A stretch of 64,000 nt of DNA from contig CAZHER010000003.1 of NCBI GenBank assembly GCA_964532005.1, forward strand, positions 21,399 to 85,398, read 5' to 3'. Source of the DNA: an uncultured Candidatus Saccharibacteria bacterium. Its GTDB lineage: Bacteria; Patescibacteriota; Doudnabacteria; UBA920. Within the stretch, counting starts at the first letter, position 1, and each line of letters starts with the position of its first letter. The translations under genes and the position numbers were made by a program. Under the pieces are notes generated by a model. It made no database searches, had not been told where the DNA came from, and saw nothing but the letters and a program-made list of their open reading frames with translations. Of this stretch, positions 8,686 through 16,134 are shown in pieces.

Positions 8686-10083
8686 ATGATGCATAAAATA
8701 ACAATATTATTATTCTCAGCGTTTATGTTTATAGGGCTCGGATTATCCCCGGTCACTGCGCTGGCCCAAGCCCCAGGTAGCCAGGGGCTGGTTCCTTGCG
8801 GTAGTTTTTCTGACAATCCCTGCCAGTTGGTAGATCTTTTCAATTTAGTCATAACTATTACCAACTTCTTAATCGGCATGGGTGGCATCGTAGCAGTGGT
8901 GGTGATAATTTATGCAGGTTGGTCTCTTGTACTTGCAGCGGGAAATGTTGAAGCTGTTACCGTGGCAAAAAAATTACTTGTTAATGCTTTTATCGGGTTC
9001 TTTTTTGTAATGATTGCTTTCGCCGGAGCTAATTTTCTCATTTTTGGAGCTCGCGGCTTTATAGTCGGCGAGCCAACCCAAGGCGGAACCCCAGTAGGTA
9101 TTTTTGTTTGCCCAATAGATTACTTGCTCGGTTATGCTGAGTGTGGCAATTCAGGTGGCGGGGGAGGTAATACAACTAACAACACCCCTGCAAATACACC
9201 TACCAATAATACAAATACCCCTACGAACACTCCCAATTTACCTTTTCAAATCCCTCCAGGCAGAGGAATAGGTGAAACAGCAATGTCATTAGAAGTCATT
9301 CCTAAAGAGAGAGATTCATGTCCAATAGGTCAAACTGCTTGGGTAGAAAATTTTTTTTTGATCAAAACAGCTTTCGCTCAAACACCACCATCTGACTGTG
9401 GGAGTGTTGCCGACGGATATTTAGCCGGTCCAAGGCATGATACTTTTCCTGATGATGTCATAATCCAACAAGATCTTAACATTCAGTTAGGGAGCCCTCG
9501 AAATAAAACTTGCAGTTCGGTATCGCGCGCTGGTTGTGGCATGATTTCAATGATCCACGCAATAAAGTTTATGCAGAAAAAGGGATATGTTTACGCAGGA
9601 TCTTGGACAAATGCATGGCACAATGAAGGCAACTTAAATCCTATATCTCGAATCACTGATCCAACTTGGTGGCCAAGGATATACCAAAATAACACAGGCT
9701 ATTTTACTTGTGCAAACAATGGAGCTGTTTATCATAGTGCTCCATCAGATATAATGAAAGATGGACAAATACTTAGAAATGTAACAGCATACCAGTCTAC
9801 TGCTTCTGGTGGTCCTGCTTTATTGGAACAAGTAAAGTTAGCTCTAGAAAGAAATGGGGTAGCAATAGCTCTTGTAAAAGGACCCCCGTTTAATACAGGA
9901 AATGCTGGGAATCATTTTATTCTTATATACAGACAATACTATGCTCAGTCAGATAATAATAAATTGTGGTTTGCTGTTGCCGATTCAAACAAGTATGCTC
10001 AAATTGGTCAGGTAAGATATGATGTTTTACAGAATCATCTTACTGGAGTAACAGTTATTTACCCTACAAGCTCGACTCCTTAG
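8686..10083 (+). CDS. T4SS-pilin-like protein (LVPCG...PC...NFL motif plus two-TM hairpin) with Asn/Thr/Pro linker and C-terminal C39/papain-like peptidase domain
   Basis: Signal peptide MMHKITILLFSAFMFIGLGLSPVTALAQA; QGLVPCGSFSDNPCQLVDLFNLVITITNFLIGMGG; linker GNTTNNTPANTPTNNTNTPTNTP; catalytic-like AGCGMISMIHAI ... GNHFILIY ... VADS. The ORF track starts it at 8623, but the ATG at 8686 precedes the signal peptide and is the more likely start. Confidence 0.6.
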   Translation: MMHKITILLFSAFMFIGLGLSPVTALAQAPGSQGLVPCGSFSDNPCQLVDLFNLVITITNFLIGMGGIVAVVVIIYAGWSLVLAAGNVEAVTVAKKLLVNAFIGFFFVMIAFAGANFLIFGARGFIVGEPTQGGTPVGIFVCPIDYLLGYAECGNSGGGGGNTTNNTPANTPTNNTNTPTNTPNLPFQIPPGRGIGETAMSLEVIPKERDSCPIGQTAWVENFFLIKTAFAQTPPSDCGSVADGYLAGPRHDTFPDDVIIQQDLNIQLGSPRNKTCSSVSRAGCGMISMIHAIKFMQKKGYVYAGSWTNAWHNEGNLNPISRITDPTWWPRIYQNNTGYFTCANNGAVYHSAPSDIMKDGQILRNVTAYQSTASGGPALLEQVKLALERNGVAIALVKGPPFNTGNAGNHFILIYRQYYAQSDNNKLWFAVADSNKYAQIGQVRYDVLQNHLTGVTVIYPTSSTP

Positions 10084-10629
10084 TTGAAAATAATAGAAAA
10101 GAGCCTCGAATTTCGTGTTCGAGGCTCTTTTGCTTGTATGGACGATCTTTGATTCTAGCTCGTCCAAAATTTCTTCCAGTCGGTTTTGCCAAAAGCGTTG
10201 GTTTTTTTCGCCTTCGACATGCTGCAGTCGAAATTCGCGAAAATATTTCCGTTCGCCAGCAGGGTCGAGACCGAAATCGACTGTGCCATCTGTCTGATCG
10301 TCGGCGATTACCTCGCCTTCTTTTGTCTCGATTGTCAGAGACGTATCCGAGACTAATGAAAAGGTAACTGTGCCGCCGCTTTTCAGGTGGCACTTTATGC
10401 TTTCCATTTTTTCCCCGTCTTTTTCAATGTCAACAAGGGAGCAGATCCCATCGCTAGGACCCATAAACATTGAAACAACCAGCAGCTTTTCCTGCCGTTG
10501 AACCTTTTGGAGGTTCGCCGGCAGGTCAGGCGTTTTGGTGTTATTTGACGGTCCTCGCTGACCGACTTCTAGACACGCGACCATAATGACGAATACAATC
10601 ATCCATAAGAATTGCCTTAAATTTTGCAT
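10027..10629 (-). CDS. hypothetical secreted or lipoprotein (GC-rich ORF); 3' end uncertain
   Basis: N-terminal signal (MIVFVIMVAC). The ORF reads through the terminator hairpin and overlaps the convergent gene by 57 nt, so the true C-terminus is doubtful. Confidence 0.35.
   Translation of the reverse strand: MQNLRQFLWMIVFVIMVACLEVGQRGPSNNTKTPDLPANLQKVQRQEKLLVVSMFMGPSDGICSLVDIEKDGEKMESIKCHLKSGGTVTFSLVSDTSLTIETKEGEVIADDQTDGTVDFGLDPAGERKYFREFRLQHVEGEKNQRFWQNRLEEILDELESKIVHTSKRASNTKFEALFYYFQLRSRACRVNNCYSSKMIL
10097..10131. terminator. rho-independent terminator hairpin (gagcctcgaa / ttcgaggctc) with T-run, downstream of the + gene ending at 10083
   Basis: Perfect 10-bp GC-rich stem, 7-nt loop, then TTTT. 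It lies inside the 3' end of the minus ORF 10027-10629. Confidence 0.6.
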
Positions 10630-10798
10630 AAGTCCCTCCTAAAGACTGTTTTGCGGTTTTTTCTTAGGCCTTAGCCTGAAGTTAAGTTTGAGACACTGAT
10701 CCCATCTTAACATATAATTATAGCATATTTTATATATTTTGTCAATAACAGATAAAACCTATAACTATTACCTAAAATAGGGAATAGGGTATATAGCA

Positions 10799-10827
10799 TT
10801 GACATAATAGATTTTTTAATATATAAA
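10799..10827 (+). promoter_or_regulatory. sigma70-like promoter TTGACA-17 nt-TATAAA upstream of the VanX-like gene
   Basis: Hexamers at 10799-10804 and 10822-10827, in an AT-rich divergent intergenic region. Confidence 0.35.
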
Positions 10828-10890
10828 TAAGCACAATCTAGTGCAGCAAAACACCTGCGGGTACAGATAAATTTAAACGAGGAAACAATT

Positions 10891-11595
10891 ATGAAAAAAA
10901 CTTTTCTTATTTTGCTTTTAATCTGTGCCGGAAGTTTTGCAAGTTGCAAAATTGGCACAGTAGAAAACCAACTACCGGCGAGCGGAAGCAATCTACCAAC
11001 AAATTCCCAGAGCGCAACCAATCGCAAGTCCTTGCCTCCCAAACAACCACTATCAACGAAAGCCGATCCAGCTAATCGTTCTCCAATAGATTCAATGGTT
11101 CAGGCAACAGACTTCATTCCGCTTTTACAAGAGGACATGCGTTATGCAACCACCAACAATTTTATGCACCGTAAGTTGTATGACAACCCAAAATGTTTTT
11201 TGCTGAAAGTGGTAGCACAACACCTGAAACAAGCCGATGATTATCTTCAAACCAAGAAGCCGGGCTCTCGGCTCAAAGTTTGGGACTGCTACAGACCAAT
11301 GTTCGTCCAAAAGATGATGTCTGAATCAATTCCGGATAGAAGATATGTTGCAGATCCCAAGCAAGCGAAGCATCCTAAAGGGTTAGCAGTGGACGTTACA
11401 ATCGTGGACAGCTTTGGCAGGGATCTGGAAATGCCAAGCGAGTTTGATGATTTTTCTGCAAGAGCCGCTGCGCGCGGTGCAATGACCAAGGCTGCGGCTG
11501 AAAACCTGAAGTTGCTCCAGCAGGTGATGATGACCGCGAACTTCGTGGGTATTAGTTCTGAGTGGTGGCACTTTGAGTATATTGGTCCGCTTTAA
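10891..11595 (+). CDS. D-Ala-D-Ala dipeptidase, VanX/M15D family, lipoprotein
   Basis: Lipobox (LLICAGSFASC); M15D motifs MRYATTNNFM, DCYRP..Q, HPKGLAVDV and SEWWHFEY. Confidence 0.8.
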   Translation: MKKTFLILLLICAGSFASCKIGTVENQLPASGSNLPTNSQSATNRKSLPPKQPLSTKADPANRSPIDSMVQATDFIPLLQEDMRYATTNNFMHRKLYDNPKCFLLKVVAQHLKQADDYLQTKKPGSRLKVWDCYRPMFVQKMMSESIPDRRYVADPKQAKHPKGLAVDVTIVDSFGRDLEMPSEFDDFSARAAARGAMTKAAAENLKLLQQVMMTANFVGISSEWWHFEYIGPL

Positions 11596-11643
11596 GTCGT
11601 ACCGTATCAAACAAGCAAATTAGCAAAGGTCCGATCGAAGATT

Positions 11644-11680
11644 CCGGTATTTCCAATTCTAGGGTACCGGTTTCTTTTTA
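11644..11680 (+). terminator. possible terminator (ccggta...taccgg stem, T-run)
   Basis: 6-bp palindromic stem with 14-nt loop followed by tttctttttattt; weak stem. Confidence 0.3.
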
Positions 11681-12001
11681 TTTATGACGATCGTCTAGAA
11701 TTAAAATATATAGATAGAATTAGCTATTGCCAAAAAGACAGTATAAATGATAATTTTAGTAATATATTTTTTATAACAATAGTAAAGGAGTCTAGAAATA
11801 GAGAACAGTTATTAGTATTAATTTGTATTGGTTAGCATTTAGAATTTTTTTTTCACAATTAATAGTTAGCTAGTTGTTTAATAAAGTCTCATTATATTAT
11901 GTCGTATAACATACATTATCAGACGTAAGAAACATTGAGTTTTGTGGGTTTTGGCCTATATTCCCCAGTTTAAATAGGTGGTTCCCTGCTATACTTTAAA
12001 T

Positions 12002-12628
12002 ATGAATTTGCAAAATAGAAATATACGAGTTCTTATTCGCAAATTGGCTCGCAAACCTACACTGGCCGGAGTATTGGTATTGGTTTTGTTGCTTGGCTTA
12101 GTGTGGTGGCAAGGCCAGGGGCCCGTTCCAGATGAAGACGCTCCCCTGCTTGAGGGCCAAGAAAAAAATATTGAAAAAGAATTTGTACAAGATGGTATTT
12201 ATTTTGTAGAAGAAGTCATTGACGGCGACACTATATATATTGAAACAGATGATGGAGATAGTGAAAGCGTGAGGCTTATTGGTATTAATACTCCAGAGAC
12301 AGTTGATCCTAGAACTGAGGTTGAATGTTTTGGTAAGGAGGCTAGTATAAAGACAACTGAGTTGTTGCAAGATCAAGAAGTACGTATTGAATTTGATCCG
12401 GCCAAAGGTGACCGTGACCAATTCGGTAGGTTGTTGCGCTATGTCTTTTTGCCTGGCCAGACAAACCAGTCCGAACAGAACATTAACAAGCTACTCATTG
12501 AACAAGGTTTTGCTTATGAAAATTCTTACGGCGTGCCATACAAATTTGAAAAGGAGTTCAAGCAAGCACAGATTCAAGCAAAAAATTCTCAGGCAGGCTT
12601 ATGGGCACCAGGCGTATGTGCCAAGTAG
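12002..12628 (+). CDS. secreted thermonuclease (staphylococcal-nuclease-like, SNase fold) with N-terminal TM anchor
   Basis: SNase motifs RLIGINTPET, DQFGRLLRYVF and AGLW. The ORF track starts it at an upstream GTG (11978); ATG 12002 is used here. Confidence 0.7.
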   Translation: MNLQNRNIRVLIRKLARKPTLAGVLVLVLLLGLVWWQGQGPVPDEDAPLLEGQEKNIEKEFVQDGIYFVEEVIDGDTIYIETDDGDSESVRLIGINTPETVDPRTEVECFGKEASIKTTELLQDQEVRIEFDPAKGDRDQFGRLLRYVFLPGQTNQSEQNINKLLIEQGFAYENSYGVPYKFEKEFKQAQIQAKNSQAGLWAPGVCAK

Positions 12629-12665
12629 TCTATAAATCAAAATGAGTATAAAAGATGTTAAAAGA

Positions 12666-12711
12666 AAGAACACTTCGTTGTGCACGATGCACGGTTCAAC
12701 GAAGTGTTCTT
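12666..12711. terminator. bidirectional terminator: 15-bp perfect inverted repeat (aagaacacttcgttg / caacgaagtgttctt) between convergent genes
   Basis: Long perfect stem with a 16-nt loop that is itself palindromic (tgcacgatgcacg). The T-tract is on the minus side and weaker on the plus side. Confidence 0.55.
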
Positions 12712-12744
12712 GGTTTACAAAAGAAATCTACGCCGCCTCGGTCG

Positions 12745-13344
12745 TTATGCATGGCGGAAATTCTTTCTGAGAACGTCGTAGTAGGCTTCCGTAAGGAGTT
12801 CAAACAGGTTGAACTCCTCATATATTTCGGTGTCCCAAAGCTGTTTGGCGTAGTACACCATGGAGTCCACTAACTCTCCTGAAAAGTAGTCATAAAGCAT
12901 GACATGCAAGACAGTGCAAGACAGGTCGTCTTCGGTCGCTACCCCCAGCACCATCTGCACTTCGTTACCAGAGTCGTAGCCAAAGGCATACTCCGAGTGG
13001 AGCGCTAGTCCGCTGGTGTCTGGTCCAGTAACCCCGGCTTTCAAGTTGCTCTCGGGAATGAGCGACTTGCGGGGTTGGAAGAGCAGCAGCGTTTTACCAT
13101 AACACTTCTTGAACCTGGCAATTTTGCCACCGCCGTTGGGATAGCAAAATGCCCGATCCTCCACCCTCAGCAGCTCGGCAAAAGTTTGATCCAACAGCTC
13201 AGGACTGCTGCCGTATCCCAAGTCCCTCAAAATTGCTGTTAGAGCTTTGGTCGCAAAGCTTATCGCAATTTGTCCGCGCTCCTCCGCTGAATTCCTGCTT
13301 TTAAGCAGTCTTTCCAGCTTATCCTTAATTTCTCTCATACTCAT
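12745..13344 (-). CDS. hypothetical protein (GC-rich ORF, compositionally atypical)
   Basis: 199-aa ORF with no recognised motifs; GC visibly above the local background. Confidence 0.4.
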   Translation of the reverse strand: MSMREIKDKLERLLKSRNSAEERGQIAISFATKALTAILRDLGYGSSPELLDQTFAELLRVEDRAFCYPNGGGKIARFKKCYGKTLLLFQPRKSLIPESNLKAGVTGPDTSGLALHSEYAFGYDSGNEVQMVLGVATEDDLSCTVLHVMLYDYFSGELVDSMVYYAKQLWDTEIYEEFNLFELLTEAYYDVLRKNFRHA

Positions 13345-13507
13345 TTAATTTTGCCCGTCCTTCTAGGTTTTTTGTTTTAAAAATCAAAACAATATTTAAA
13401 TATGACATGAATAAGCGAAAATTTCAAATTCCTATGAATTTAGTCAAAAACAAAACAACCCCAGTAAAACAGTTTGAGGTTGGATTGTGTGGAAGCTAAT
13501 TTGTTGA

Positions 13508-13972
13508 TTATTTCAATGACAGGATAGTCATTGAATTTTTCGGGCGGTCATCCGAGCTTAGGCGTTGCGGCTCCTGCGCTTGCAGGATACGGTTTTGATT
13601 TAGAGTGTAAGTTAAGGATACTAGTCCAGTTTGAACAGTCCAGTTAGCTGGTTTTTTGGCGGTCAATACTTTCACGAACCTTCCGGCTATCCAAAAACAC
13701 ATTGGTATCCCAGACAGTAACACTCGATCTCCGGTGGCGACAATGTCGTCTCCAAGTAAAATGTTCCATATGGAATAGAACACTGTTGTGGCGGCTCCTA
13801 GATCTCTTATTGGAAGACAAACCTTCCATTTGCATAGAGCTGATAGGAAACCTATCAAAGAAAAAAACGTCAAAATTAGCAGATGCGTTCCTCCTATCAA
13901 TACGGGTTTAGTGGCACCGTAGGCCAAGATAAAAAAACTAGCGTAAAATACGCTAGCGGAATTATGGCACAA
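13508..13972 (-). CDS. hypothetical polytopic membrane protein
   Basis: Several hydrophobic segments and no motifs; the start is uncertain. Confidence 0.3.
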   Translation of the reverse strand: MCHNSASVFYASFFILAYGATKPVLIGGTHLLILTFFSLIGFLSALCKWKVCLPIRDLGAATTVFYSIWNILLGDDIVATGDRVLLSGIPMCFWIAGRFVKVLTAKKPANWTVQTGLVSLTYTLNQNRILQAQEPQRLSSDDRPKNSMTILSLK

Positions 13973-14014
13973 ACTATGTGGTTTGTGAAGTGTATAAAAT
14001 TGTTATTACCGGCT

Positions 14015-15265
14015 TTAACTTTTGGCTTTATTAAGCTGCTTTATGACAGTAGACAAAGCTTTTACAGTATAGTCTATTTCTTTTTTGGTGTTGTATTTCG
14101 ATAAGGTAATTCTAATGCTGGATAATGCATCCTGCGCAGCTTTACCAAGAGCTAAAATTACATGGGAAGGGTCTGTTGAAGCTGAAGTGCAGGCGCTTCC
14201 CGTTGCAATTGCAACATTGTAACTGTCCATGTAAAACATCAGCATCTCACCTTCAATTCCTTTAATTGAAATATTAATGTTATTGGGCAGTCGTCTTAGT
14301 CCTTGGTTAAACATATTGTTTAGTTTTGTCTTTCTGTCATCTGGTCCATTTATGCTGACTCCCCTAACGGTTTTCAAAATTTGGTTTAGTAGGTAGTCAT
14401 GCAAAGTTTTTATGTTTTTGTTTTGCTTGATGCGGTTTTCTTGGGCCAGCGCAAGAGCTTTAGCCAGTCCAATAAATCCTGCTACATTTTCTGTGCCGCT
14501 TCTAAGATTTCTCTCCTGTCCCCCGCCAAACAATATTGGACGCAAAATAATCCCGGACTTTACATACAAGAACCCGGTTTGCTTGGGAGCATGTATCTTG
14601 CTGCCATTTACCGAAAGCAAATCCACCCCAAGTTTATGAACATTTAAATCTAGACTATTACCAGCCTGGCAAGCATCGCTATGGAATACAATGCTAGGGA
14701 GTTTTGTTGCGATCCTGACTTTGTTTAGTCCAGCAAGCCACTTTCCTATTTCTAGTATTGGCTGAATAGAGCCAACCTCGTTGTTGGCATACATAATAGA
14801 AACAAGAACAGTATTTTTTTTCACAGCTCTTTTTAGTTCATCCAGCTTTATAAACCCATCTTTGTTGACATCTACTAAAGTAATTTGCCACCCTTCTTCT
14901 TTCAGAGCTTCCAAAGAATGCAGTACCGCATGATGTTCTATTGTAGAGGAAATAATATGACCTTTATGTTTGTGATCTAATTCGTATTGCCGTGCAACAC
15001 CAAAAATAGCCAGGTTAATGCTTTCGGTGCCGCCAGCAGTAAAAACTACTTCCTTTGAATTTGCATTTATCGATTCTGCTATGGTTTGGCGCGCCATGTT
15101 TAAGGCGTACGCAGCTTGTTGGCCAGATCTGTATAGGCTGGAAGGATTACCAAATTCTGTCATGTAGTAAGGCTGCATGGCTTTGGCTACTTTTGGGTCA
15201 ATAGCTGTTGTAGCGGCATTATCTAAGTAAATTAGATTTTTAGAAGGTTTTAATTTATTTAACAT
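14015..15265 (-). CDS. cysteine desulfurase (class V aminotransferase, IscS/NifS-like)
   Basis: LDNAATT, SSTIEHHAV, SGSKIHAPKQTG (PLP-lysine motif) and the HSDACQ catalytic Cys loop. The ORF track uses an upstream TTG at 15289; ATG 15265 is preferred. Confidence 0.85.
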   Translation of the reverse strand: MLNKLKPSKNLIYLDNAATTAIDPKVAKAMQPYYMTEFGNPSSLYRSGQQAAYALNMARQTIAESINANSKEVVFTAGGTESINLAIFGVARQYELDHKHKGHIISSTIEHHAVLHSLEALKEEGWQITLVDVNKDGFIKLDELKRAVKKNTVLVSIMYANNEVGSIQPILEIGKWLAGLNKVRIATKLPSIVFHSDACQAGNSLDLNVHKLGVDLLSVNGSKIHAPKQTGFLYVKSGIILRPILFGGGQERNLRSGTENVAGFIGLAKALALAQENRIKQNKNIKTLHDYLLNQILKTVRGVSINGPDDRKTKLNNMFNQGLRRLPNNINISIKGIEGEMLMFYMDSYNVAIATGSACTSASTDPSHVILALGKAAQDALSSIRITLSKYNTKKEIDYTVKALSTVIKQLNKAKS

Positions 15266-15310
15266 ATAAATAATGGTAGCAAAAACCAAGCTACTTGGCT
15301 AAATTTAGAC

Positions 15311-15340
15311 AAAAGAAAAGAGAGGAAAAGTCTTCTTTTC
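15311..15340 (-). terminator. rho-independent terminator for a minus-strand transcript (gaaaag-tctt-cttttc, then TCTCTTTTCTTTT on the minus strand)
   Basis: 6-bp stem plus T-rich tail, between the GC-rich island and the iscS-like start. Confidence 0.4.
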
Positions 15341-15344
15341 AAGA

Positions 15345-15700
15345 GTGCTCTGAAATCTTGCGGTGAGCAAACCTGAAAATAAACTTTTCCCCTCGCGTGG
15401 CGGGCAACCTTACCTCCTAAACTTCAGGAGAAGTGCCCGTGCCCGGCTTGTCCGCCGCTATCCGTTGCGGTTGCCGGAGTCGCTGTTCGCGCCCGCGTCG
15501 CCGATCTTCTTGGTCATAGTCATATTCAAAAGCGCCGGCGGCGATGCGAAAATTTTTCGTTTCATTGTTTTTTCCTCCTGCTTTTTGGGCAGATTTTGGG
15601 GCAGACCGACTCGGTTGGTAGCCCCTTGCCTTTGGAAATGGGACAAACTGCGTCCCGTTTTTTACTCCCACGTACTACAAGGAGTTTACGTATTATAAGT
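15345..15700. other. GC-rich, structure-rich island (unclassified): candidate ncRNA or leader carrying a 35-codon SD-ATG mini-ORF on the minus strand
   Basis: GC far above the flanks, multiple hairpins, terminators on both strands, and AGGAGG-8 nt-ATG (MKRKIFASPPALLNMTMTKKIGDAGANSDSGNRNG). No tmRNA, RNase P or SRP signatures found. Confidence 0.3.
15640..15663 (+). terminator. rho-independent terminator on the + strand (gggac-aaactgc-gtccc-gtttttt)
   Basis: Perfect 5-bp GC stem plus a T6 tail. Confidence 0.5.
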
Positions 15701-15765
15701 AGGGTTTTTGTCAAGACCATAGCCTTTTTTATATCAAAAATCCTTATAAATAAAGCAAAATAAAT

Positions 15766-16134
15766 TTATTTGTTGCTGGCTGCAAATTCAGCTGCCACAG
15801 CATCCTCTTCAGTAGCAAAACATTGTTCGGGTTTAACTTGGGCATAACCGCGGTCAGTTGGCAGATAATATTTCTTCTCATTTTTAGCATCAATATTGCC
15901 CTTAATTGGGCAGTTGGGATCCCCCTTTTTTTGTGAGGTTGGTTTGGGCGTGCTGGAAGTGGTATAATTTATAGGCGGAGTTCCACTTTTGGGACCATTT
16001 TTATAAAGAGGCAAATTACTAGACTTGCCGGTGCCGTAGCCAACTCCAAAAATTACGATGCCGCAGAATATTAATAGAAACCTGCGCTTGTTTTCTGAAA
16101 AAAATGTTTTTATTTTTTGATACAAAACTGTCAT
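15766..16134 (-). CDS. hypothetical membrane-anchored small protein with C-terminal Cys-x-IKGN...Y.P...Y...CF..EE.A..A module
   Basis: N-terminal TM (FLLIFCGIVIFGVGYG). The C-terminal motif resembles small extracellular modules attached to secreted nucleases and competence proteins. Confidence 0.45.
   Translation of the reverse strand: MTVLYQKIKTFFSENKRRFLLIFCGIVIFGVGYGTGKSSNLPLYKNGPKSGTPPINYTTSSTPKPTSQKKGDPNCPIKGNIDAKNEKKYYLPTDRGYAQVKPEQCFATEEDAVAAEFAASNK

Noticed and set aside
15363-15698. 111-aa plus ORF and 84-aa minus ORF across the GC-rich island
   Set aside because: Neither has an SD, the compositions are Arg/Pro-rich and junk-like as expected for random frames in GC-rich DNA, and they span predicted terminator hairpins.
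15345-15700. tmRNA, RNase P RNA or SRP RNA in the GC-rich island
   Set aside because: None of the signature motifs is present on either strand: tmRNA 5' GGGGCUG..UUCGAC, the 3' T-arm with CUCCACCA and an ALAA-type tag; RNase P CR-I GGAAAGUCCGGGCUCC and GUGCGGUAAGAGCGCACC; SRP GGAAGCAGCCA. The plus-strand terminator lies too close to the only tmRNA-like 5' fragment (GGGGCAGACCGAC). The island is left unclassified.
15700-15711. TTGACA plus TATAAT on the minus strand upstream of the GC-rich island (about 15711-15690)
   Set aside because: The spacer is only 11 nt, which is incompatible with a sigma70 promoter.
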